Origin: an uncultured Planctomycetales bacterium
Lineage (GTDB): Bacteria; Omnitrophota; Gorgyraeia; Zapsychrales; JANLHA01
Direction: 5' to 3'
DNA: 64,000 bases
Assembly (NCBI GenBank): GCA_964595465.1
Contig: CAZQQI010000011.1
Coordinates: forward strand, 8,301-72,300
Positions 20,489-29,040 of the stretch are shown in pieces. Position numbers and translations under genes: made by a program. How positions within the stretch are numbered: position 1 is the first letter of the stretch; each line of letters starts with the position of its first letter. Below the pieces are notes generated by a model that was given only the letters and a program-made list of their open reading frames with translations, was not told the DNA's origin and did not search any database.

Positions 20489-21202
20489 TCAAACCTTATA
20501 GACTTTATCGCCGGCCTTGACCGGTTTCTTAACCTTCAGCCCGACAAGGCTCCCCTTCCGCGCGACACGCACGTCCCGGCTCTCAACCTGCATAGAGACG
20601 ACGGTCTGCCGAAAGTCTGTCTGTTTGCCGACAACACGGATCATCTCATTGATCAGCAGGCTCTTACCCGTAACCTTCAGAACACAGACCTTGATCTTGC
20701 TGAAATAATGCGTGACCTCGCCGACTAGCACACCCGGAGAAGCAGATGCAGTTGATTTTTTACGAACCGCCTTTTTCCGCGCGGGGCGGACAGGCTTTTT
20801 CTTTGCAGATGTTTTTCCGCTAACCTTAGGCCTTTTAACAGGTCTTTTTTTGACTGTCGTTTTCTGAGGAGTGTTCTGTTTCTTCTTAGCAGAAGATCTT
20901 TTGACAGACTTTACAGCTGCCTTTTTGCGGGTGGGGGCCTGTTTTTTGACTGTCTTCTTTTTTGCGGCTTTTTTCTTCATGGCCGGTGAAGCAGATCTTG
21001 AGGAGCTTCGCCGACGAGACGTATTCGCGACGGCCTTTTTTGTTTTCTTGGCAGCTGCACGCGGAACTGTCGTGCGCGTCCTTCCCGATCTGCGAGCCGG
21101 GCGTTTCCGGGATACAGCTGTTTTTCGTGAACGTTTTTTACGGGACGACGAACCGCGGATCAAGGAATGCAGAGATTTGAAAAGGCCGTCCAGAAAGGGC
21201 AT
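20489..21202 (-). CDS. Histone H1-like Lys/Arg-rich region fused to C-terminal EF-Tu domain II-like/U32-C beta-barrel
   Basis: ~140 aa K/R/A/S low complexity followed by GEVTHYFSKIKV...SMQVE...VGLKVKKPVKAGDKVY. Confidence 0.75.
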   Translation of the reverse strand: MPFLDGLFKSLHSLIRGSSSRKKRSRKTAVSRKRPARRSGRTRTTVPRAAAKKTKKAVANTSRRRSSSRSASPAMKKKAAKKKTVKKQAPTRKKAAVKSVKRSSAKKKQNTPQKTTVKKRPVKRPKVSGKTSAKKKPVRPARKKAVRKKSTASASPGVLVGEVTHYFSKIKVCVLKVTGKSLLINEMIRVVGKQTDFRQTVVSMQVESRDVRVARKGSLVGLKVKKPVKAGDKVYKV

Positions 21203-21209
21203 ACCGGAA

Positions 21210-21533
21210 TCAGGATAGGGATATTTTGTCGGCGATATCCGCCGCGATAGGCAAATCCACGTACTGCCCCATCAGGGCTTTAATGATGCCGATAAAGGCC
21301 AGAACAAAAAGAAAGAACACCAGCACTTTCACCAAAACCCAGGGAAGAATAATGCTCAGGATGAACATAGCCACCTGGCCGATAAACAGAACCAATCCCT
21401 GTTTGGCGTGAGCCAGAACGAAAGGATCATCTTTTTTGAAAAGCAGAGGAAAGATACACAAAATAGACAGATATCCCAAAAGAGCAAAGATCTTGGATTC
21501 TGCGTTGCGTGGGACAGGAGCCGATTTAGTCAT
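21210..21533 (-). CDS. Small 3-TM membrane protein (DUF4870-like)
   Basis: ALLGYL..FPL..FVLAHAKQGL..GIIKALMG..LP pattern; overlaps ParA stop. Confidence 0.8.
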   Translation of the reverse strand: MTKSAPVPRNAESKIFALLGYLSILCIFPLLFKKDDPFVLAHAKQGLVLFIGQVAMFILSIILPWVLVKVLVFFLFVLAFIGIIKALMGQYVDLPIAADIADKISLS

Positions 21534-22641
21534 TTGCCTGAACCTCTATGAGAGAGTTGATATCGCCGAAAGAGTTGCGTTCCTGGTCAGGGTTTGACGG
21601 ATCTTCCCGCCAGCGTCCGTCGACAATAAACTGATAGCGGTAATTTCCCGGACGCAGAGGGACCTCGACATGCCAGCGTCCGTCGCCGTTGCGGTTCATG
21701 CGGAACTGTTCATCCAAAGACCAGTCATTAAAACTTCCGGTCACATAAACCGACTGCGCGTCCGGCGCGTCCAGTTCAAAACGGATACGGCTGAGAAAAT
21801 CTTCAGCCTCCTGCTTGATCGTGTCTTTCATCCGTTCCGAAAGTTCGGTTTCGGATTGTTCGGACCGTTCTTCTTTTGCCTTGGCCTCGTGCCGGGCGAT
21901 CACTTCTTTGGCCAGTGAAAAATAATCTTTGGAGCCCCGGCAGTATTTGTCATAGGTCACGACCGTCTTGCCCATAACCGCGGACTCTTTAAGCTTGACA
22001 TTGACATGGATGATCGTATCGAACAACGAACCGGCAAACATCTCCCGCATCCTGGCCAGCATAGCGAAGGAGTGCCGCAGACGCGAATCAAACATAGTCA
22101 CCAGAATTTTATATTCAACAGGATGATTGAGCCGGTCCCGGATCAGGCGGACAATGTCCATCAAATGCTCAACCCCCTGCAGAGAAAACCGGCTGGTCTC
22201 GACAGGAATATAGACCTCGTCACTGGCACGCAAGGCGTTAATGGTCAAAAACCCCAGGCTCGGCGGGCAGTCGATCAGGACATAATCATACTCATCTTTT
22301 ATCGTATCCAGGACCTCGGTCAGCTTGATCTCACGGCCGATCTCATCAGCCAATTCCTGCTCCAGGGTTCCGACCAAAAGATTAGACGGTACCAGATCAA
22401 AATTGGTTTCCACGCGTTTAATGATCTGACTAATGGTAAGTTTGCGCGGAGCGATCTTGGAGATGACATTATACATGCTCTCCTGACATTCAAAGTTGAG
22501 TCCCAGCGAGGCATGTGCCTGAGGATCCAGATCGATCAGCAGCGTGCGCTTGCCGTCACGGCTGAGTGAAGCCGCCAGGTTGATGGCGGTCGTGGTTTTT
22601 CCGCAGCCGCCCTTTTGATTCCCGATCGATATAATCTTCAT
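21526..22641 (-). CDS. ParA/Soj ATPase fused to C-terminal AMPK-beta/CBM48-like carbohydrate-binding domain
   Basis: NQKGGCGKTTT, DLDPQ, DCPPSLG; C-terminal VYVTGSFNDW..YRYQFIVDGRW..DPSN..NSLIEV. Confidence 0.9.
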   Translation of the reverse strand: MKIISIGNQKGGCGKTTTAINLAASLSRDGKRTLLIDLDPQAHASLGLNFECQESMYNVISKIAPRKLTISQIIKRVETNFDLVPSNLLVGTLEQELADEIGREIKLTEVLDTIKDEYDYVLIDCPPSLGFLTINALRASDEVYIPVETSRFSLQGVEHLMDIVRLIRDRLNHPVEYKILVTMFDSRLRHSFAMLARMREMFAGSLFDTIIHVNVKLKESAVMGKTVVTYDKYCRGSKDYFSLAKEVIARHEAKAKEERSEQSETELSERMKDTIKQEAEDFLSRIRFELDAPDAQSVYVTGSFNDWSLDEQFRMNRNGDGRWHVEVPLRPGNYRYQFIVDGRWREDPSNPDQERNSFGDINSLIEVQAND

Positions 22642-22682
22642 AAACTATCCCCTTTTAGATTTGAATACCACCAAATTCTAAC

Positions 22683-23273
22683 TTAACCGGATAACGCGTT
22701 GGAGAAACAGACATCGTCAATGAGCAGCTCTCCCCGGTCCTTTTCCGCGTTCCATGATTCCAGGATAAATTTGATCTCCCTGATCTGAGACCAGTCTGTC
22801 AGACCTTCAAATTCTGCGAAAGGGATCTGCTGCTTTCCCCATCGCTCGCTGATCCCGGAAACCATGACCGAAGCCGTTTCCCTGCGGGCATTGCGGACCT
22901 CGATGCGGACGATCCCGGGATTGCCGTATTCCCCGCCCCGGGCTCGAAATTCCAATTGCCCATACCGGCCTCCGTCGATATCTCCGACGGGAAGTACAAA
23001 TGTTTTGACCTGAGGATACGGATGGCCGATGTTATAGCGCACCCGGATCGGTCCGTGGTTCAGCGAATAGATCACGCGCTCGCGCAGCGTGTCGCTCCGC
23101 CGCGTCAAAAAAGCGGTAAAGCCGTAAAAGGCGCTCGCGAAAATCACAACCGTTATGACAATGTTGATAACCAGCCAGGCACTGAACTGTTTTTTATCTT
23201 TTGCTGTTCCGGATTGATTTTTCTTGCCCAGATAAACGCGCGCCAGGTGGTCGTAAATTTCATCCCTGGTCAT
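22683..23273 (-). CDS. Single-TM protein with probable galactose-binding-like (CBM11/CIA30-like) domain
   Basis: TM at ~aa 31-56; LEFRARG...W..QQIPFAEF..DWSQIREIKF...GELLIDDVCF pattern. Confidence 0.6.
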   Translation of the reverse strand: MTRDEIYDHLARVYLGKKNQSGTAKDKKQFSAWLVINIVITVVIFASAFYGFTAFLTRRSDTLRERVIYSLNHGPIRVRYNIGHPYPQVKTFVLPVGDIDGGRYGQLEFRARGGEYGNPGIVRIEVRNARRETASVMVSGISERWGKQQIPFAEFEGLTDWSQIREIKFILESWNAEKDRGELLIDDVCFSNALSG

Positions 23274-23512
23274 ACTGCAAATCCAATCATATCAAAGGGT
23301 TCGGACTCTCCCGCACCCGTAAGCTCTTAAGTGATACTTTATCATAACAAAGAATATATCAATTTTAAAATATTTTTCATGTTTTTTCTATTTGCATATT
23401 TATTGCATTCCTCGTCGAGAAATATGTTTCTATACACATCCAGTCATGGAAAATTTGTTTTGGGGAAAGAATAAAAGGCTCTATGAACGTTTGCGCGGGT
23501 AAAACACAGAAT

Positions 23513-23698
23513 AATGTGATGTTTCGTATTTAAATAATTTCTGCTCGAATGGCGATAAAAAAGATCGGGAGGGACACGCAGAGCGAGTTCCGAACCGAAC
23601 GGTTCATTATAAAAACGTTCGGGAGGTTGTTTGAGCGAACGCGTCCCTCCCGATCTTCCTGAGCCATTCAGCTGCAAAATTGTACACGAAAGCATTAC
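23513..23698 (+). repeat. ~180-bp nested-hairpin intergenic element, copy B
   Basis: Core 23546-23669; near identical to copy C except the covarying stem. Confidence 0.9.
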
Positions 23699-23785
23699 CG
23701 TATCCGCCATACCCATTTATTTTTTAAAGAAGCAATAAAAAGAAAACGCGCTTTTATAAAAAGCACGCCGTCTGAAAAACACCGT

Positions 23786-23818
23786 AAAAAAAGCCGGCAG
23801 GGATCGCTCCCTGCCGGC
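23786..23818 (-). terminator. Intrinsic terminator of porin gene
   Basis: GCCGGCAGGGA/TCCCTGCCGGC 11-bp stem with T7 tract on minus strand. Confidence 0.88.
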
Positions 23819-23835
23819 GTATTCATCAAGCGGTC

Positions 23836-25182
23836 TTAGAAGGCCACCTTGGCGTTCAGCAACAGCTGTGATGCTGTTTCTTCATCCTCTCCATCAAAAC
23901 GGTCATCCGGGAAGAACCAGCCGGCGCGGGCGCCGAACTGCACATCCTCGGTATAGTCATAGGTCATAACCAGACCGACTTCCTGACCGAGATTTGTCTC
24001 TTCGGCTTCCCCTGATAGTTCCGGACTAGCCGTTCCAGCTGGCTGTACAAGTCCAATAGCACTGACTTCCTTATCCAACCACAGATAGTCATAATACGCC
24101 TTGGCCGTTACATCCTGCATCGGGACCACTGTCAAATGGGCACCGATCGTATGAGAATTCGTAGCGTTGAACAGCGCATTCTGTATCTTTCCACCGTTCT
24201 GATTTTCATACATCGGATCCCATGCGCGGTAATCACCTTCACCGCCGGAAGCCGCATCGTCTCCGCTGTACATGGTGTATTCCAGACCTAATACAGGCTG
24301 ATACTTCTTGGTCTCTTCAAACGGCAGCATGTAATTGGACAGGATCTGCAAAGCGTAGGCTTCGCGGTCATACTGCGCGGAGCCTGATTCATAATCCCCG
24401 AACTGCATGGCAGCCTCTGCGCTCAGGTTCCAGCCGTCAAGCACATTCATGCTGGCGCGCACACCCGGCATATAGATTTTATTTTTTAAAGCACTTTTAT
24501 TCTCTTCAACCCAAAAATACCCTTCAACTACAGTGTTACGTTCATCATCGAATTGATAATTCGCGTTGACACCATAAAGGTTATTATCGTCAACGACATC
24601 GGTCCCGGTGATCGTCCCCTGGTCTATCGCTGAATACAGCAGATCGATAGTCAACGGGTCATAGTCAAAGGTCAGACGGATCGCGTCCTGCGCGGTCTGC
24701 TTGGTCAGGTCCTCTGCAACATTATACAGACCCGATGCCGTAGAAACCGAGTTGTTCGGGCCGGCAGAGTCGATCACAAAAGAATTCCCAAAAGCGAATT
24801 CCTGACGACCCAAAGTCACAGTGAGCGGAGAATACAGCATCTCCTTCATTGTCACATACGCAAGGTTTAAATCTACCTCTGTAGTACCGGATGAATACGT
24901 TGTTCCTTCGGGGTCAGTCGCAGAATCATCCCCCCACACTCTCTCATTGATGAGGCCAATGGTGGCCATGACCTTGTCGGTCAGGTCCGCGTCGACCCGC
25001 AGACGGGTCTGCATAAGGAACGCGCTCTGATCATTCAGCCCGGTAGAAGCGCCGAGATTAAAGTCAGTGCGGTTGACATACGTGCTTTCAATATCACCGC
25101 TGACCTTGACGTTCTGCACAGACGCGACGGCCGGCGCAGCGATCAGGGCAACAGCGATCAATGCTAATAATACTTTTCTCAT
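23836..25182 (-). CDS. Outer-membrane beta-barrel protein (alginate-export-like / major porin)
   Basis: Signal peptide, beta-strand pattern, LGRQE motif, C-terminal Phe; GGAGG SD at ATG 25182. Confidence 0.8.
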   Translation of the reverse strand: MRKVLLALIAVALIAAPAVASVQNVKVSGDIESTYVNRTDFNLGASTGLNDQSAFLMQTRLRVDADLTDKVMATIGLINERVWGDDSATDPEGTTYSSGTTEVDLNLAYVTMKEMLYSPLTVTLGRQEFAFGNSFVIDSAGPNNSVSTASGLYNVAEDLTKQTAQDAIRLTFDYDPLTIDLLYSAIDQGTITGTDVVDDNNLYGVNANYQFDDERNTVVEGYFWVEENKSALKNKIYMPGVRASMNVLDGWNLSAEAAMQFGDYESGSAQYDREAYALQILSNYMLPFEETKKYQPVLGLEYTMYSGDDAASGGEGDYRAWDPMYENQNGGKIQNALFNATNSHTIGAHLTVVPMQDVTAKAYYDYLWLDKEVSAIGLVQPAGTASPELSGEAEETNLGQEVGLVMTYDYTEDVQFGARAGWFFPDDRFDGEDEETASQLLLNAKVAF

Positions 25183-25362
25183 AGGGTCTCCTCCCAAAAA
25201 GTTAGTACAAATTTGAATCTATATGAACTAGTGTCTATAAGGCCTAGTCATAACCGCGTTAGACCAGCTGCCGATGATCCTGACTGCAAGAATTCCATCA
25301 CCCCCTTTCGTGTCTGTTTAAGATCATCACTGGGTTGAGGACGAATACTTGTAAACAGCAGT

Positions 25363-25391
25363 ATTCTCACACACTTAGGAAGACCTGTCAA
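25363..25391 (-). promoter_or_regulatory. sigma70 promoter for porin
   Basis: TTGACA-17 nt-(TGt)GAGAAT. Confidence 0.65.
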
Positions 25392-25443
25392 AAAAAAACT
25401 GAATTATTTTTCACCGAACGTTCACAATCAAAAAACGGGAAAA

Positions 25444-25542
25444 GGAGAATAGCGAATAGAAAATGGCATATTAGCAGGATAGGCATTCCGCATGATCGCC
25501 CGCGCCCTGTCCCCGCCTCCCATTCTCTATTTTCTATTCTCC
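25444..25542. repeat. Inverted repeat built from NNAATAG-type heptamers
   Basis: 25444-25466 and 25520-25542 are 23-bp inverted repeats with 3 mismatches. Confidence 0.65.
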
Positions 25543-25594
25543 GCACGCTTTCCTCTTTCTTCCTAATAAGGGCCATGCCTTCTGGGGAAATTTA

Positions 25595-25668
25595 TGCGCC
25601 TGGGGGGATTCGAACCTCCGACGCCGGCCTTAGGAGGGCCGCGCTCTATCCATCTGAGCTACAGGCGC
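25595..25668 (-). tRNA. tRNA-Arg(CCT)
   Basis: GCGCCTG/CAGGCGC acceptor stem, anticodon arm CGGCC-CTCCTAA-GGCCG, TTCGAAT T-loop; CCA not encoded. Confidence 0.95.
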
Positions 25669-25721
25669 AAAAATTATACTCTTGAATGACCTCCGTATTA
25701 AATCATCCTCTCCGCCGTCTG

Positions 25722-27533
25722 TCAATCAGCGCTGTTATTATCTTGCACACACAATGACGCGTCCAGCGTTTGGCCGTATTCTTCTCTATAGAACTCGCGC
25801 AGGTCTTCATACGCGCGGCAATACATCAACGGCGCATCCCCCCGCCGGATAACCGCTGTTACGCTGTCCAGGACCTTATCACTCAACGCCTTATGCTGCT
25901 CCGGCGCCCGGCAGAGCGCGGTATGAAAATACCATAAAGCCCTCTGGTCACGGCCGGTGCTCAATTCCACCAGACCCAGCCAGTAATACGCCCAGTAAAA
26001 ATTCGGCTTTTCGACAAACACCTGTCTTAGATGCGCGCGAGCCTTCTCCAATTCTCCGGACACCGCGTATATTCTGCCCAGGTTAAAGTGCGGATCCCAG
26101 GCATCCGGTGATATCTGCAGAGCCTGCTGATAATAAAAGACCGCTTTCTCTACCGCATCCGATTGTCTGCGCTCCATCCAACCAGCCGCTTCGCCTCCTC
26201 TGGCCTGACGCATAAAAAACCGCGCTTCACCAAACCCGGCATCTTCCAGATAAGCCTCCGCCAGTTTGGCATATACCAAACGGATCCTCTTTTCATTATG
26301 GTCTATATTCGCGGCCTGATACTGCCAATAACGTAAATTTGTTTTCCAGAGCAGGACCTGTTCCCGTGTCCGCAGGCCCATGAGAATGAGCCCGGCCAGG
26401 ACCGCCGCGGCCAGGACCGCCCGGTAAGAGGCTCTCTTCTTTTCCTGGAAACGACGCGCGATCACCCCTCCTAAATAGATCGTGAGTCCCAATCCGGGAA
26501 GATACATAAAACGGTCGGCCACGATATTCAGATCTCTCGCCGTATCCATCCGCAGTAAAAAAAAGATCGTCAGCACATAGAACAGGACCGCGAAGACATA
26601 AAGCCGTTTACGGCGGAATATCCAGAGACTGCCGGCCAACAACAGCGAGGCCGCTATCGGAATAGAATAATGCGGATTCAGCAGACTCACCGGTTTGGGC
26701 AGGGCATAAATGGCCTGCAAAGCACCCGGAAAGAAAAATTTTCGGATATAAAACCAGAAACACCAGACCCAGATCAAAAACGAATCCGGGAAGACCATGT
26801 TCAGAGGCCGCGCATTCATGGCAAAGCTTATCCAGGCGACCGGCCAGACCGCGCAGGCGGTCAGAATTTTTTCCAGCCAAAGCTCCAGACACGAGCGGCG
26901 GCAGAAAAACCAGTCCAGGAGCAGCAGAACCAGCGGAAGGCTCAAGGCCATAGGCTTGGCCAGCACACTCAGAAAACCTAACAGCGCCACCCCCAGGACC
27001 CAAAAAAGACGCCTGCCGGCCCCCGGGTTCCGTCCTCCCGCAACCAACTTGAGATAATGGACATAACCGATCAGGGCCAGCATATAAAAGACCATGAACA
27101 AGACATCCTTGCGTTCGGTCACCCAGACGACAGACTCAACGCGCAGAGGATGCACACCAAAAACCAGCGCCGATAACGCGGCGCCCCATAACGGCAGAGA
27201 CAACTGACGGGCAAAAATAAAGACGCCGATAACCGCCATCATATGAAGCAAAAGATTATTGAAATGGTAAACAAACGGATCAAGACCGAAAAAATGCCGC
27301 TCCAGAGCGAACGAGAACCCTGTCAACGGAATATAGATATTATTGACCTGATTGGTAAAAATACGCTCTATACCGGAAAAGCTTAAATCCCGCAGAAATG
27401 GATTGGCTAAAAGATGCGGGGCATCATCCAGGTTATGAAAACCGTAAAAAAGCGCCGGGCCGAACACGCCGGCCACGGCACAGAACAAGATCACAATAAT
27501 AACGGAATGTTTTATGAAAGAATCGCGTTTCAC
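25722..27533 (-). CDS. TMTC-like GT-C membrane glycosyltransferase with TPR repeats
   Basis: FHNLDD, YIPLT, HPLRVESVVWVTERKD, ADRFMYLP, C-terminal TPRs. Confidence 0.8.
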   Translation of the reverse strand: MKRDSFIKHSVIIVILFCAVAGVFGPALFYGFHNLDDAPHLLANPFLRDLSFSGIERIFTNQVNNIYIPLTGFSFALERHFFGLDPFVYHFNNLLLHMMAVIGVFIFARQLSLPLWGAALSALVFGVHPLRVESVVWVTERKDVLFMVFYMLALIGYVHYLKLVAGGRNPGAGRRLFWVLGVALLGFLSVLAKPMALSLPLVLLLLDWFFCRRSCLELWLEKILTACAVWPVAWISFAMNARPLNMVFPDSFLIWVWCFWFYIRKFFFPGALQAIYALPKPVSLLNPHYSIPIAASLLLAGSLWIFRRKRLYVFAVLFYVLTIFFLLRMDTARDLNIVADRFMYLPGLGLTIYLGGVIARRFQEKKRASYRAVLAAAVLAGLILMGLRTREQVLLWKTNLRYWQYQAANIDHNEKRIRLVYAKLAEAYLEDAGFGEARFFMRQARGGEAAGWMERRQSDAVEKAVFYYQQALQISPDAWDPHFNLGRIYAVSGELEKARAHLRQVFVEKPNFYWAYYWLGLVELSTGRDQRALWYFHTALCRAPEQHKALSDKVLDSVTAVIRRGDAPLMYCRAYEDLREFYREEYGQTLDASLCVQDNNSAD

Positions 27534-27550
27534 AGGCGGGCCTGGAGAAT

Positions 27551-28075
27551 TTAATCATATTGGAGCAATGACATGACCGGGACATTGCGCAGCTTCTTAC
27601 GCCCTTTTAAAAAAGACAGTTCAACCAGAAATAACGCTCCGGTCAGCTTTGCCTGAAAACTGCGGACCAGCCGGACAACGGCCTGCGCTGTTCCTCCGGT
27701 CGCCAAAAGATCATCCACGATCAGGACACGGCCTCCTTTTGTCAGGGCGTCTTTATGCATCTCAAGGGTATCCGTTCCGTACTCAAGATCATACATGACC
27801 CGCTTCGTCACATGCGGTAATTTTCCCGTCTTGCGGACAGGAATAAATCCGGCCCCGATCCTGACAGCCAGGGCCGCCCCGAAAATAAAGCCCCGGGATT
27901 CAATACCGACGACATAATCCACCGGCTGATCTTTAACCTGCCGGGCCATCTGCGAAACCGCTCTGCGCAAAGCTCCGGCGTCTTTCAGCAAAGGAGTAAT
28001 ATCTTTAAAGATAATACCTTTTTTGGGGAAATCAGGGATGTCGCGGATATATTGGTCTAACGCTTTCCCGGCCAT
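27551..28075 (-). CDS. apt: Adenine phosphoribosyltransferase
   Basis: DFPKKGIIFKDIT, GIESRGF, VDDLLATGGT. Confidence 0.97.
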   Translation of the reverse strand: MAGKALDQYIRDIPDFPKKGIIFKDITPLLKDAGALRRAVSQMARQVKDQPVDYVVGIESRGFIFGAALAVRIGAGFIPVRKTGKLPHVTKRVMYDLEYGTDTLEMHKDALTKGGRVLIVDDLLATGGTAQAVVRLVRSFQAKLTGALFLVELSFLKGRKKLRNVPVMSLLQYD

Positions 28076-28090
28076 GCTTTCTCCTGCTCA

Positions 28091-28909
28091 TTACGCCTCG
28101 TCAGAGGCCTCTTCACTCTTGAGATACTTTTTGATCTTCACAATGGCCGCCGCTTCCAGCTGACGCACCCTCTCACGGGAGACCTTGATCTTTTTCGCGA
28201 TCTTGGCCAGGGTCTGGGGATTACCGTCCGTGATGCCGTAACGCATGTCCAGAATATCCCGTTCCCGTTCGGGAAGAATTTCCAGCAATTCCTGAGCGCG
28301 TTCTTTATTCAGAAATGACTCCAGCTGCTCATCCGGGCCGGCCAAATTTTCGTCGGCGATCATGTCATGGATCTGGCCGTCTCCGTCTTCTCCGATCGGC
28401 GCGTCCAGGCTGGACATCTTGGAGATCGAGCGCTGACATTCGCGCACCTTATCGACAGGGATCTGCAGCTTCTTGGCGACTTCCGAAATCCGCGGTTTCC
28501 GTTTCAGCCGGTGCGTCAAATTCTCTACAGCCTTTTTATACTTCATGATCTCCTCGTTCATATAGACCGGGACGCGGATCATCTTGCCCTGGTCAATGAT
28601 GGAGCGGGAGATCGACTGCTTGATCCACCAGGCCGAATAAGTCGAAAAACGAAATCCCCGTTCGGGATCAAACTTCTCTATACTGCGCATCAGACCGATG
28701 TTGCCCTCTTCAATAAGATCGCTGAGAGGGACACCAAGGTTAATGTAGCGTTTGGCAATGCTGATGACTAAACGCAGATTGGAACGGATCATCTGCTGGC
28801 GGGCCTCTTCATCTCCCTTCTGAACACGGCGGGCAAGCTCCACCTCCTGCTCGGCGGTGAGAAGAGGGATATCGCGGACATCTTTAAAATAGGCTTTTAT
28901 CGGATCCAT
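28091..28909 (-). CDS. RpoD/RpoS-family sigma factor lacking region 1.1
   Basis: NLRLVISIAKRY, DLIEEGNIGL, FSTYSAWWIKQ, SRERVRQLE; 272 aa. Confidence 0.9.
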   Translation of the reverse strand: MDPIKAYFKDVRDIPLLTAEQEVELARRVQKGDEEARQQMIRSNLRLVISIAKRYINLGVPLSDLIEEGNIGLMRSIEKFDPERGFRFSTYSAWWIKQSISRSIIDQGKMIRVPVYMNEEIMKYKKAVENLTHRLKRKPRISEVAKKLQIPVDKVRECQRSISKMSSLDAPIGEDGDGQIHDMIADENLAGPDEQLESFLNKERAQELLEILPERERDILDMRYGITDGNPQTLAKIAKKIKVSRERVRQLEAAAIVKIKKYLKSEEASDEA

Positions 28910-28947
28910 AGAAATCGTCTGTTGCGGCCGGATAAAATAATAAATCT

Positions 28948-28976
28948 AATATATAGAATTTCCGGCCGCACTGCAA
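28948..28976 (-). promoter_or_regulatory. Putative promoter of sigma-apt
   Basis: TTGCAG-17 nt-TATATT. Confidence 0.55.
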
Positions 28977-28995
28977 GCCTTAATAAATGATATGT

Positions 28996-29029
28996 GCGGC
29001 GGCGCCCTTTAAAGAAAGGACACCGCCGC
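28996..29029 (-). terminator. Stem-loop after ppdK
   Basis: GCGGCGGTGTCCTT/AAGGGCGCCGCCGC hairpin; weak U tract. Confidence 0.55.
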
Positions 29030-29040
29030 CATGATCATGA

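Noticed and set aside
25600-25620. tRNA-Arg as a pseudogene (A-C mismatch in T stem, no CCA)
   Set aside because: Other arms are intact; a single mismatch and non-encoded CCA are common.
25543-25722. Integrated element at tRNA-Arg
   Set aside because: No integrase and no duplicated tRNA 3' end seen in the window.
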